Part shown: positions 51,019-60,662 of the stretch, piece after piece
Layout of the letters: every line of letters starts with the position of its first letter
How positions within the stretch are numbered: position 1 is the first letter of the stretch
NCBI GenBank assembly: GCA_963759805.1
Contig: CAVXAT010000008.1
Location: 64,001-128,000 of the forward strand
DNA from: an uncultured bacterium
Lineage (GTDB): Bacteria; Babelota; Babeliae; Babelales; RVW-14
Direction of reading: 5' to 3'
Length of the DNA stretch: 64,000 nucleotides
Program-made: the position numbers and the translations under genes
The notes under the pieces: model-generated
What the model saw: only the letters and a program-made list of their open reading frames with translations
Told to the model about the DNA's origin: nothing
The model's database searches: none

Positions 51019-51336
51019 TCAACTCATCTTATTATATCTATCATAAGAATATGGCTCGATTTTTGCAATCTTATCAGCTAAAAGCCTCTTCGCCTCAAGA
51101 AGATCATAGTCAGTCTGCATTCGCAGAAAATAACCCTCAGATAACCCAAAAAATTTACATAACCGTAAATCTGTATCAGCCGTTATACTGCGCTGGCCGC
51201 GAACAATGCTATGAATTCGATTTGAAGGAACTTTAATTGCACTCGCCAAAGCATTTTGACTTAATTCAAGTTCATCAAGAAATTCAGTTTTTAAAATCTC
51301 TCCGGCGTGAGGATTTTTAAGTATTTTTTTAGCCAT
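51019..51336 (-). CDS. higA: HigA/VapI family antitoxin (HTH)
   Basis: NPHAGEILKTEFL..LSQNALA..VPSNRI..RSITADTDLRL.KFFG.SE.YFLRMQ.DYDL. Confidence 0.9.
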   Translation of the reverse strand: MAKKILKNPHAGEILKTEFLDELELSQNALASAIKVPSNRIHSIVRGQRSITADTDLRLCKFFGLSEGYFLRMQTDYDLLEAKRLLADKIAKIEPYSYDRYNKMS

Positions 51337-51364
51337 AACTATCCCAATTTACAACAGCAAGTTG

Positions 51365-51916
51365 TTAGAATTTATCCTGCTCAAGCTTAAACGCATATGG
51401 CAAAAGCGTTTTCAACTGTTCGATTTTATAATTCCCGGAAACAGTTGCCATAACAATATACGCTTCAGGCTCGGCAAACTCATTGATAACCTGACGGCAA
51501 GCGCCACATGGAGCACCATATTCAGGAGCATCAAGAACAATTGCTATTGCCTTTATAAAGTTGCCTTTTTCACCTTCAGAAACTGCTTTAAAAATAGCAG
51601 TACGCTCCGCGCAAATCGTTACCCCGTAGGATGCGTTTTCAACATTCGTTCCGGTATAAACTTTGCCAGTTGTAGTTAAAACAGCCGCACCAACTTTGAA
51701 TTTTGAGTATGGACTGTATGAGTTTTCTCTGGCCTTTTTGGCTTGAGCAATTAAATTTTTGAAATCAAAACCTAATTCGGCTTCTTTGATTTCGCTTCGA
51801 TTTGTTTGATCCAGTATTTGTGTCAATTCATTACCCTTTCTATCCAATGGGAATACTTGTAAAAAGTTTAACGACAAAACAGCAACTGACAATAAAAAAT
51901 ATTTCGCAATTTTCAT
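51365..51916 (-). CDS. cdd: Cytidine deaminase with signal-peptide-like N-terminal extension
   Basis: YSPYSKFKVGAA, GTNVENASY, CAERTAI, PCGACRQ, LLPYAF. Confidence 0.92.
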   Translation of the reverse strand: MKIAKYFLLSVAVLSLNFLQVFPLDRKGNELTQILDQTNRSEIKEAELGFDFKNLIAQAKKARENSYSPYSKFKVGAAVLTTTGKVYTGTNVENASYGVTICAERTAIFKAVSEGEKGNFIKAIAIVLDAPEYGAPCGACRQVINEFAEPEAYIVMATVSGNYKIEQLKTLLPYAFKLEQDKF

Positions 51917-52007
51917 GTACGTCTTTCATGTTAAAACCATACTTTTGTGTTGACTCAAGTAGCAGAGCATACAACATGGAAAATACGAAATCAATAGGTT
52001 TTTTTGG

Positions 52008-52868
52008 TTATCCCCAAAAAAAAGATATTATTTTTTGATCAAAGAAAAAATATAAAAAGGCGCCCAACGAAAGAAATGGGCCAAACGGAATTCTAGTAAA
52101 TCGATCTTTTTTTAGTATCAATAGAAAAAGCCCACCTAAAATAAGGCCAGCGAAAGAACCTAGCATTAAAGAGAACCACACTCCCACTGGACCAAGAAAC
52201 GAACCAATCATGGCAAGCAGCTCCATATCGCCAATTCCTATCCCATCTCGCTTTGTAATTGTTTTGAATAAAAATGCAATAATCCACAGCACACTGTATC
52301 CCAACACAGCCCCAATAAAACTTGCACTTACAGAAATGTATGTGTATCCCAAATATGAAGCAATAAAACCAACAGGCACAAACCAAAGCGTGCAGGCTTG
52401 TGGAATGATCATTCCTTGAAAATCAGTTCTTGTAGCAACTAATAATGCTGAGAAAAATATAAAAAATATAAGAAAATAAAAACAGTTTTGCGCCGAAACT
52501 TGATTTGCTAACTTTGCAAATGACATATCAAAATCCGCCACAAGCGGATTTGCTGATAAGTAATAATAAAGTGGTGAAAATTTGGGGAAGCATTTTTGAT
52601 AAAGCAGAACCAACGTCGACGCTGTTAGCAATTCAATCAATGGATATAAAACTGAGATGCGTTCTTTGCACGTTCTACATTTTGCTTTTAATAACACCCA
52701 GGAGATAACTGGAATATTGTCATACCAAGAAATTACACTGTTGCACTTGGGGCATGCAGATCTTGGACTAAAAAAAGATCGTCCGGTTATTAACCTAAAA
52801 CCAACAACATTTAAAAACGATCCCCAGCACAACCCGAATAAAAAAATAATTAAAAGAACAGTACTCAC
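52008..52868 (-). CDS. pilD: Prepilin peptidase (A24)
   Basis: GSFLNVV, PRSACPKC, WYDNIPVISW..KCRTC, GIGIGD, IPFGPFL. Confidence 0.92.
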   Translation of the reverse strand: MSTVLLIIFLFGLCWGSFLNVVGFRLITGRSFFSPRSACPKCNSVISWYDNIPVISWVLLKAKCRTCKERISVLYPLIELLTASTLVLLYQKCFPKFSPLYYYLSANPLVADFDMSFAKLANQVSAQNCFYFLIFFIFFSALLVATRTDFQGMIIPQACTLWFVPVGFIASYLGYTYISVSASFIGAVLGYSVLWIIAFLFKTITKRDGIGIGDMELLAMIGSFLGPVGVWFSLMLGSFAGLILGGLFLLILKKDRFTRIPFGPFLSLGAFLYFFFDQKIISFFWG

Positions 52869-52886
52869 CGAACTACCCTCCTATCT

Positions 52887-53942
52887 CTAACCTTTTATTC
52901 CAGCCTTTATCAAATCATGAATATGTACAATGCCAACCGCCACATTATTCTCAACCACAACCAAGCTTGTTATGTTGAAATTTTCCATAATTTCAAGCGC
53001 CGCGAGCGCAAGCTCGTTAACATTTATCGTCTTGGGATGTTGCGTCATTATATCGGTTGCTTTTTTATTAAAAACATCCGGACCGAATTTGTCGCAAGCA
53101 CGTCGTAAATCACCATCGGTGATTATTCCACAAAGACTGTTTTTATCATCAACCACCACACCTATACCCAATTTCTTGGAAGATATGGTGTAAAGAATTT
53201 CACTAAAACTTGAATCTCTTGTAATTACAGGCAAATTTTGACCGGAGAACATAAAATAATTTACCGACAAAACAAGCCGCTTGCCAAGAGCGCCTGATGG
53301 ATGAACACGCGCGAAACAATTTTTATCAAAGTTATTCATTGAGCTAACAACAACAGCTACCGCATCTCCAAAAGCCATCATCAATGTTGAGCTACTCGTT
53401 GGTGCTAAATTTAGAGGACAAGCCTCGCGCTCGAGTGGAAGAACCACAACAAGATTAGCTAAATCACAGAGGCTGCCTTTGTTGCAGCAAATCAATACCG
53501 TATAATTTTTCGTAAAATTTTTACTGTTATTTAAAGATGCAAAAATATTTTCAAGTTCTACTCCCGTACCACTTTTGGATAATGCAATGAAAATATCGTT
53601 TGGTTGAATAACACCAAGATCGCCGTGTAAGGCATCGCATGCATGTAAAAATATTGAAGGGATTCCAAGACTTGAAAAAGTTGCCGCCAATTTCTGGCCG
53701 ACTAAACCTGATTTGCCGATGCCGGAAAAAACAACTTTACCTGTGTTTTTTAGAATTTTGGAAACAAGAACAGTCGTGCTTTCCGGAATACTGTTTGCAA
53801 CTGCCGTTAAAGATTGAGACTCATGCAAAATTACATCAGCAATGGCTTTTTTAATATCAAGTTTATTGATATCAAATTTTACTGCACCATGTACTGTTGC
53901 GCCATGTACTGCAAATACTCTATCTTTTTGCTGGTCCAACAT
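52887..53942 (-). CDS. kdsD: Arabinose-5-phosphate isomerase (KpsF/GutQ, SIS+CBS)
   Basis: GIGKSG, ALHGDLG, EACPLNLAPTSS, HPSGALGK, ITDGDLRR, GIVHIHD. Confidence 0.92.
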   Translation of the reverse strand: MLDQQKDRVFAVHGATVHGAVKFDINKLDIKKAIADVILHESQSLTAVANSIPESTTVLVSKILKNTGKVVFSGIGKSGLVGQKLAATFSSLGIPSIFLHACDALHGDLGVIQPNDIFIALSKSGTGVELENIFASLNNSKNFTKNYTVLICCNKGSLCDLANLVVVLPLEREACPLNLAPTSSSTLMMAFGDAVAVVVSSMNNFDKNCFARVHPSGALGKRLVLSVNYFMFSGQNLPVITRDSSFSEILYTISSKKLGIGVVVDDKNSLCGIITDGDLRRACDKFGPDVFNKKATDIMTQHPKTINVNELALAALEIMENFNITSLVVVENNVAVGIVHIHDLIKAGIKG

Positions 53943-53956
53943 TGCAACCCCATATT

Positions 53957-54346
53957 TTACTCTTTTTTATTAGTACCAAGATCTTGAATTACTTTATCAA
54001 GCAGTGAATCGATGCGATCCTGCTTCTCTCTAATTTCATCATAAAGAAAGATTATTTCCGGCGTGTGGCGAGGGTTTAAGCGAGCTGCAATCTCTTTGCG
54101 TATCGATGGTCTATAAAGCTTGAGAGCTTCCAATGCAGCTTTGAATATCTCTGCAGAATATACATCAAATGTCGACAGATAAACATAAAGAATGCCGGCG
54201 TCTTGGGAAAAATCTACGCGTGTCACGTAGACCTTTTGTACGTCCGGATTTTCGTTGGAGATTAAACTAATAATTTGAGATAACTCACGAAAAAAGAGGG
54301 ATTTTTTCTTCTCCCTCTTTATTTCGTGTAACTTTGATGCAACCAT
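53957..54346 (-). CDS. rbfA: Ribosome-binding factor A
   Basis: VTRVDFSQD..VYLS, IRKEIAARLNPRHTPEIIFLYD. Confidence 0.85.
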   Translation of the reverse strand: MVASKLHEIKREKKKSLFFRELSQIISLISNENPDVQKVYVTRVDFSQDAGILYVYLSTFDVYSAEIFKAALEALKLYRPSIRKEIAARLNPRHTPEIIFLYDEIREKQDRIDSLLDKVIQDLGTNKKE

Positions 54347-54555
54347 TACTTAAGCATACCTTCCATGCTCTTGATAATGTTGTTCTTGACCGCGCGCATC
54401 AATCTTTTTCGCTTCTTCTGCGTTGGAGGTTCAAAATAAACCTGTCGCTTCATATCACGAATGACGCCTTCGCGTTCAACTTTTTTCTTAAGTTGTTTTA
54501 AGCTTTTTTCGAGATTTCCAGTGACCTGGATTTCGATATTATATGACTTTGACAT
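54346..54555 (-). CDS. rpsU: 30S ribosomal protein S21
   Basis: LEKSLKQLKKKVEREGVIRDMKRQVYFEPPTQKKRKR. Confidence 0.9.
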   Translation of the reverse strand: MSKSYNIEIQVTGNLEKSLKQLKKKVEREGVIRDMKRQVYFEPPTQKKRKRLMRAVKNNIIKSMEGMLK

Positions 54556-54620
54556 TGAATTCTAACACCGCCTTAAAAAACAAGTTTTGGGGTTGATACA
54601 TACTCACTATCACATCAAGA

Positions 54621-54648
54621 ATCCTAACAGAACATGTCCTTTTGTCAA
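54621..54648 (-). promoter_or_regulatory. Putative sigma70 promoter for rpsU-rbfA-kdsD-pilD
   Basis: Reverse strand TTGACA-16 nt-TAGGAT with a TGn extension. Confidence 0.4.
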
Positions 54649-54816
54649 AAATAATCGATAAAATCGGGTATTATAACCATTACGCCCGGGCCTAACTCTG
54701 CTTTTTGAGTCAAATTATTACAAATTTCGCCTTTACAGTAAGTATTTTACTTTTTATAATCAAAGCCGTTATTGATAAAAAATTAGTAGAAATAGCTTAT
54801 TTTAAGGGGAAATTTT

Positions 54817-55824
54817 ATGAAATCTTTAGCGACTAGCAAAAAAATAATATTTATCTGTTTTGCCTCGGCTTTTATTATTTCGCATGTGATGGCGGATAAT
54901 TCTAATTCGCCCGGTGTTTATGATTTACCAGATCACGATGCAATTCAAAAAGAGGTAGAATCGTTGATTAAGCTCGATCAAGACGAAAAACTTCAAGCAA
55001 CTGTTTTTCAAAAAATTAAGAATACTGTTTCGCGAAGCAATGGATATATTGAAATTACAAGTAAAAATGCCCCCAATATTTATAAATTGCTCGATACAGC
55101 TGCAAAAACAATCGGAATCGAAATCCCATCAAAAGTCTATTTAAATACCACACATGCACTTAATTGGAATTGTTGCAATGCATGCGTTATGAAGTCACTT
55201 GGCAAAGATACATGCCTATCTTTGGGAAATAAATTTTTATGCGAACTTGCGCCAGAAGAAATCAACGCAATGTTGGAACACGAATTTACGCATATAAAAG
55301 ATAAATTCCTTGAACAGCTTAGTTCAAAGGTGTATGGAAATCAGCTATGGGGATTAGCCAACTGGGTCATATTGAGCGCAGACTTGGGTTTACTTGTTGC
55401 AATATTAGAGGAGACTATTTATTTACATAAATATTCGAAAGCCACGCTAATGAGTTTGTCGGCGTCTTTATTATTGTCTTATTTATTAACACGCACTACA
55501 TCACGAATTATTGATAACCAAAAGCAAATATTTGAGTTCTGCCAAAAATTAGAAGAACATGCAGATTTAAACGTCAGCTCAAAATCAAACTTTGCAAACG
55601 GACTAAAAAAAGTCATGGCAATGTTAACAGTAGAAACCATAAAATACTATCCCAATTATATCAACGCTATCATTCAAATAATAGAAAAAGACCTTCAAGA
55701 TGTCATAATTAAGAGTATCGACAGCGGCAAATTGGATTCCAATGACCCCTCCCATCCATCACTTCAAAATAGATTGAAATATTTAAAAGAAGAAGAAAAA
55801 GAAGAATCTGCCGAAGTAGCATAA
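54817..55824 (+). CDS. M48-like zinc metalloprotease with signal peptide
   Basis: EEINAMLEHEFTH (HEXXH), EEHAD, SHPSLQNRL. Confidence 0.8.
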   Translation: MKSLATSKKIIFICFASAFIISHVMADNSNSPGVYDLPDHDAIQKEVESLIKLDQDEKLQATVFQKIKNTVSRSNGYIEITSKNAPNIYKLLDTAAKTIGIEIPSKVYLNTTHALNWNCCNACVMKSLGKDTCLSLGNKFLCELAPEEINAMLEHEFTHIKDKFLEQLSSKVYGNQLWGLANWVILSADLGLLVAILEETIYLHKYSKATLMSLSASLLLSYLLTRTTSRIIDNQKQIFEFCQKLEEHADLNVSSKSNFANGLKKVMAMLTVETIKYYPNYINAIIQIIEKDLQDVIIKSIDSGKLDSNDPSHPSLQNRLKYLKEEEKEESAEVA

Positions 55825-55845
55825 TTCCAATATTTGATAAATTAT

Positions 55846-55883
55846 TATCATCATTGTAGCACGACTATGCTACAATGATGATA
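55846..55883. other. Perfect 16-bp intergenic inverted repeat
   Basis: tatcatcattgtagca-cgacta-tgctacaatgatgata. Confidence 0.85.
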
Positions 55884-55926
55884 TGTGGTTTTCAAAAGTA
55901 ATCAGGGAGAGTAGGAGCCGTAGATT

Positions 55927-57489
55927 ATGAGATGTAAGTCTAAATTTAATCTGTTTTTTGTCCCAATATTTTTTGTTAGTAATTTTTTCGCAATTGAATT
56001 AAAGAGCCAAGACACTATCGAAGACACCCCCAAAAACGGAACTGTCGTATTTGAGCATTCAAAAGTTTGGCGTCGAGTTCAAAAATTGTCTCAAGACACG
56101 GTTGTACAAATCTTTGTTAATACGGCCTCTTTTAACTGGGAAGAACCCTATAAAACACCAAAACAGAAAAAAGCATGCGGCAGCGGATTTTTTATTAACG
56201 ATCAGGGATTAATTGTTACCAATTATCATGTCATAGACGAAGCAGCAGGAATTAGAATTCAGATCCCATCACTGGGCAAAGAACAATTTAAAGTAAATGT
56301 TGTTGGGGTAAGTCCTGACAGAGATATAGCATTATTAAAATTAAGCGAAAGATCCTTTAAAATAATCCAACAAACATTAGGCTCAATTCCTTACTTGAAA
56401 CTTGGGGATTCTGACAAAGTTTTTAGAGCACAAGAGATAATGGCCATAGGATATCCTCTTGGACAGGAAAAATTGAAAAGTACACAGGGAATAGTCAGCG
56501 GACGCGAAATTTTAGTTGATGAATCTTACATACAAATCACCGCTGCCCTTAATCCCGGTAATTCAGGCGGTCCATCCTTAAACACATCAGGTGAAGTCAT
56601 TGGAATAAACACTGCACGAATATTAAAAGCAGAGGGCGTTGGCTATATTATTCCAATAAATGATGTAAAAAATGTAATTCAGAACTTACTCAAAATAAAA
56701 TTTTTGCGTAAGGCAATTCTTGGGTTTGAATGGAATTATGGCACAAAAAATGCCACTAAATTTTTATCAAATCCATTGTCTGGAGGCCTTTATGTCAGTC
56801 GTGTTCACAAAAATACTTTACTTGAGATGGCAGGCGTTAAATCAGGTGATATGATTTATGATATAAACGGACACAAAATTGATTTGTACGGAGAAACAAA
56901 TGTCGAATGGAGCGAAGACAAAATTCCAGTAGTTGCGCTACTCAATCGTTTTCCACTTGGTCAAAGAATTAATATGCTAGTTTATAGAAATGGAGATCCA
57001 ATTAATATTAGCTTTGATTTTGGACTGACAGACCCTCTTCCAATAAGATTTTATTACCCTGATTACGAAAAAATTGATTATGAAATTATCGGCGGAATGG
57101 TCATAATGCAACTGGCTATTAATCACATTGAAAAATTTGAACAGGCAAATCCTTTTCTTGTAAAATACTTCAAAAGAGAAAATCAGTACACTCCCCGCCT
57201 AATCATCACACATATTTTCCCAACATCAAAAGCACAGGACGCTAGAATTGTTTGCGAAAGTGATATCATTAAAAAAGTAAATGGGCGCGTGGTAAATACA
57301 TTAGAAGAATTAAGAGACACCATAAGATTGTCAGAAAATTATCTCTCTCTTGAAACATCAGAAAAACATTTTATGGTTCTTCCGTTTGAGAAGATACTTT
57401 TGGATGAAAAAAGACTAAGCCAAAAGTTCTTTTACAAAAAAACAAATTTAGTAGAAGAACTTCTGACAAAACGTGCCATAAAAAATTAG
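55927..57489 (+). CDS. HtrA/Deg-like trypsin serine protease with PDZ domains
   Basis: GSGFFI, TNYHV, DIALL, GYPLG, NPGNSGGP; signal peptide. Confidence 0.9.
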   Translation: MRCKSKFNLFFVPIFFVSNFFAIELKSQDTIEDTPKNGTVVFEHSKVWRRVQKLSQDTVVQIFVNTASFNWEEPYKTPKQKKACGSGFFINDQGLIVTNYHVIDEAAGIRIQIPSLGKEQFKVNVVGVSPDRDIALLKLSERSFKIIQQTLGSIPYLKLGDSDKVFRAQEIMAIGYPLGQEKLKSTQGIVSGREILVDESYIQITAALNPGNSGGPSLNTSGEVIGINTARILKAEGVGYIIPINDVKNVIQNLLKIKFLRKAILGFEWNYGTKNATKFLSNPLSGGLYVSRVHKNTLLEMAGVKSGDMIYDINGHKIDLYGETNVEWSEDKIPVVALLNRFPLGQRINMLVYRNGDPINISFDFGLTDPLPIRFYYPDYEKIDYEIIGGMVIMQLAINHIEKFEQANPFLVKYFKRENQYTPRLIITHIFPTSKAQDARIVCESDIIKKVNGRVVNTLEELRDTIRLSENYLSLETSEKHFMVLPFEKILLDEKRLSQKFFYKKTNLVEELLTKRAIKN

Positions 57490-57586
57490 CCACTCTATTT
57501 TTTAAGTTGTTGTTGACTATGGTAACTTTTTTTTACTAAGTTAATTTAAAGTCGAAATATTTGTATAATTTTCTAGAAGGAGAAGT

Positions 57587-58351
57587 ATGAAGATTTTCAG
57601 GTTTCCATTGCTACTCGCAACAGTTGTAACAACAGTATTTTTTGTGGCACAGGCCAGTGTGGGCGAAAATGCAATAAAAGACATGCAACAAAGACTAAAA
57701 CAACCATGCATTGAACTTCTGGCCTCAAGCGAATTAATCGATTGGGAGACATTTAAAAATCGCGTCAAGACTTTAAAAGACGCCGTACTTGCATTCGAAG
57801 TTAAATTGGATGAGTATAAGCAGGCGGCAAAAAATATGGAACCAACGCCGAAAGCAGTTCCAGCACAAACACCTACTCCAGCCGCTACAACACCTGCTGC
57901 AACGCCAGCGCCCACGCCAACACCTGTAACCACACCAGCGCCTGTAGCTACACCAGCACTGGCACCAGTACAAGCACCGGCCCCAGTACCAGCTCCAACG
58001 CCAATGCCAACACCAGCAGCAATGCAGACACCTACGCCAACATCTGTGACCACACTAGCACCTGCATCACCTGTCACTCCAGCCACAACTCCTGCAATGC
58101 CTGGTACCCCAGCCATAGCTCCAGCACCAATGCCACCGGCACCAGTACCAGCGCCAACACCAACGCCTGTAGCCTCAACGCCAGGAGCTGCACCAACTCA
58201 ACCAAATATCATCTACTCAACGTCACCTACAGCGCCGGTTGCCAACCCAGCCACTGTCCCCGCCTCAGCACCAGAAACGGCCCCCACTGAAGATGCTGCG
58301 CCAATGGGGATGCCTTCCGCTGCGGACGCAACCGACCAGCCAGCAAGCTAA
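57587..58351 (+). CDS. Exported Pro/Ala/Thr-rich low-complexity protein
   Basis: AGGAG RBS, signal peptide (..VAQA), short helical domain, then ~165 aa of PAT repeats. Confidence 0.75.
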   Translation: MKIFRFPLLLATVVTTVFFVAQASVGENAIKDMQQRLKQPCIELLASSELIDWETFKNRVKTLKDAVLAFEVKLDEYKQAAKNMEPTPKAVPAQTPTPAATTPAATPAPTPTPVTTPAPVATPALAPVQAPAPVPAPTPMPTPAAMQTPTPTSVTTLAPASPVTPATTPAMPGTPAIAPAPMPPAPVPAPTPTPVASTPGAAPTQPNIIYSTSPTAPVANPATVPASAPETAPTEDAAPMGMPSAADATDQPAS

Positions 58352-58436
58352 AACTAAATATATTTCGTCAAATCATAAATATTGTTTGTTTGATAGCCGT
58401 TTTTACGCTATAATCCCATAAAAATATAGGATTTTT

Positions 58437-58685
58437 ATGTATTGTCAGTACTATCAAGCAAATGTTAATACTCCGTGCACACATTTTATTACCGGAATCC
58501 TTCGCAGTCACGAGCACCTGGTTTTTGAGAGAGCTATCGATGGACGCAACAGCTCGATTATTGAGTTTTTTGTTCCACAAGACTCTGAACGCTTATTTAT
58601 CGATATCATGCATCACTTTGTTGAACTGGGGTATATCTTCAGTTTTGAAAAAAAAGAAAATAGGTTGAAATTTCAAAAATTATAG
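58437..58685 (+). CDS. Small hypothetical protein
   Basis: 82-aa ORF with AGGA RBS, ending 7 bp before cysK. Confidence 0.6.
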   Translation: MYCQYYQANVNTPCTHFITGILRSHEHLVFERAIDGRNSSIIEFFVPQDSERLFIDIMHHFVELGYIFSFEKKENRLKFQKL

Positions 58686-58692
58686 GAATTTT

Positions 58693-59673
58693 ATGAATAA
58701 AAAAATAGTTTACAAAACTCTTTTACAACACATTGGCAAAACACCAATTGCCAAACTAGAATTTGACGTCAAGCCAACTCTGCTTGCAAAGCTTGAATTT
58801 ATGAATCCGGGTGGCAGCGTCAAAGATCGCTCTGCCCTATTTATGATTGAGCAAGCCGAGAAAAACGGAGATCTAAAACCCGGAGGAACAATTGTAGAGG
58901 CATCATCCGGAAATCAGGGTATTGCCCTGGCCATGATTGGCGCATTAAAGGGATACAAAGTTATAATTACGGTCCCGGACAGAACAGCTGCCGAAAAAGT
59001 TGCAATTTTACGCGCATATGGAGCTGAAGTCTGTGTCTGCCCAAATACCGATGACTTACATGATCCTAGAGGATATCATGCCAAAGCAGAACATTTTCTT
59101 CATTCAATTCCCGGGGCATATATGCCAAACCAATACTTCAATAAATCTAATCCTTTGGCTCACTACACAACAACCGGTCCTGAAATTTGGGAGCAAACTC
59201 AAGGAACTGTCACTCATGTAATTTTGGGCGCCGGATCTTGCGGAACAATTTCCGGAGTTGGCAGATATTTAAAAGAACAGAACCCAAATGTAAAAATCAT
59301 TGGGGTTGATGCTGCAACATCTGCATACTCAAGCAAAAATCCAAAAGCATACAATGTTGAGGGACTTGGAATTGATGTAATAACGGACACATTTGATCAA
59401 GCTGTAGTTGATAAGATTATACCAATTTCTGATGAAGATGCATTTTCATCAACACGTAAACTGGCAACAGAGCATGGATTACTTGTTGGAATAAGCAGTG
59501 GCGCAGTTATGCATGTAGCTCTTGAATACTGCAAAAAACTAACAGAACAGGATGTTGTTGTGGTTATATTAGCAGACTCAGGTAAAAATTATTTGAGCAA
59601 AGTTTTTGTAACGCAAACAAATAAAACTGCTTCTGAAAAAATAAGCCCTACTAAGCAAGTAACTTCGCTATAA
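58693..59673 (+). CDS. cysK: Cysteine synthase / cystathionine beta-synthase family PLP enzyme
   Basis: KLEFMNPGGSVKDR, EASSGNQG, HYTTTGPEIW, GAGSCGT, GISSGA. Confidence 0.88.
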   Translation: MNKKIVYKTLLQHIGKTPIAKLEFDVKPTLLAKLEFMNPGGSVKDRSALFMIEQAEKNGDLKPGGTIVEASSGNQGIALAMIGALKGYKVIITVPDRTAAEKVAILRAYGAEVCVCPNTDDLHDPRGYHAKAEHFLHSIPGAYMPNQYFNKSNPLAHYTTTGPEIWEQTQGTVTHVILGAGSCGTISGVGRYLKEQNPNVKIIGVDAATSAYSSKNPKAYNVEGLGIDVITDTFDQAVVDKIIPISDEDAFSSTRKLATEHGLLVGISSGAVMHVALEYCKKLTEQDVVVVILADSGKNYLSKVFVTQTNKTASEKISPTKQVTSL

Positions 59674-59700
59674 TTCAATGATTTTGGAGGCACTACGTTC

Positions 59701-60558
59701 ATGTTAAAAAATTTTTATAAATATCAATCACTTGGGAATGATTTCATTCTTTTTGATTGGTATAAAAAGCCTGAAACCTTCGTTGAACAGGTGCTGAGTG
59801 AGCAAAATTTACAAGATCTTGTTATTAAAATCTGCCAACAACATTTTGGGATAGGTGCCGACGGAGTGTTGATTTTAAAGGGAAATACTAATGCAAGAGT
59901 AGCAGAGATGTTAATTTTTAATAAAGACGGCAGTCGCGCAGAAATCTGCCTTAATGGCTTGCGATGTGTAGCCCAACACCTATTCATGCATTACAATTTT
60001 CCGGAAAAATTTCAAATTAAAGCTGGACAGAGAATTGTTGAATGCTTAGTTCAAAATTCAAAGGACAATCCTGAGCAGGTAATCGTAAAAAACAACATTG
60101 GCAAAGTTGAATATCTTGGCACAAAATTAATAACAATATCTTCCGGCCAAATTTCAGGACACTGTGCATCAGTTGGAAATCCGCATTTTATTGTATTTGG
60201 AAAAAAGGATTTAAACTGGGTACAAAACATTGGTCCCGAAATTGAAAATCATAAAGAGTTTGAGACTTCAACTTCCAGTAAAACTAATGTCGAATTTGTC
60301 TGGCAAGATAAAATATCTAAATCAATTAAAAAATTTGATTCTATCGTTTATGAGCGTGGTTGCGGCATAACGCTTGCATGCAGTTCGGGAGCTGCAGCTA
60401 TCTGTGGAGTTTTACACAAACTTGGATTAGTAAATAAAAACGAAGAATTTCAAATTTCAATGCCGGGAGGCACTGTTAAATGCAGCCTTGATGATTCTGA
60501 AAATATCATAATGCATGCTACATCAAACATTGTTTTTAGCGGCACACTGGGAAAATAG
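59701..60558 (+). CDS. dapF: Diaminopimelate epimerase
   Basis: KYQSLGNDF, GIGADG, NKDGS.AEICLNG.RC, SVGNPH, TNVEF, ERGCGITLACSSG. Confidence 0.93.
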   Translation: MLKNFYKYQSLGNDFILFDWYKKPETFVEQVLSEQNLQDLVIKICQQHFGIGADGVLILKGNTNARVAEMLIFNKDGSRAEICLNGLRCVAQHLFMHYNFPEKFQIKAGQRIVECLVQNSKDNPEQVIVKNNIGKVEYLGTKLITISSGQISGHCASVGNPHFIVFGKKDLNWVQNIGPEIENHKEFETSTSSKTNVEFVWQDKISKSIKKFDSIVYERGCGITLACSSGAAAICGVLHKLGLVNKNEEFQISMPGGTVKCSLDDSENIIMHATSNIVFSGTLGK

Positions 60559-60662
60559 AAAAATTTATTCAAAGCATTGACATAACTAATTTAAATCATG
60601 TAAAAAAATGATTATAAATCATAGTAATTTTTGAACTTAAAAATTAACCCAGGAGCATAAAA

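Noticed and set aside
50828..52000. Prophage or genomic island integrated at tRNA-Thr
   Set aside because: No integrase, no duplicated tRNA 3' end found, and the flanking genes are housekeeping
52008..52868. Prepilin peptidase as the processing enzyme for the propeller proteins
   Set aside because: Their N-termini lack a class III (G/F..E) prepilin motif, and the gene lies in a separate housekeeping operon
57541..58116. 191-aa Gly/Val/Ala-rich ORF
   Set aside because: Antisense shadow of the Pro/Ala/Thr-rich gene, which has the RBS and signal peptide
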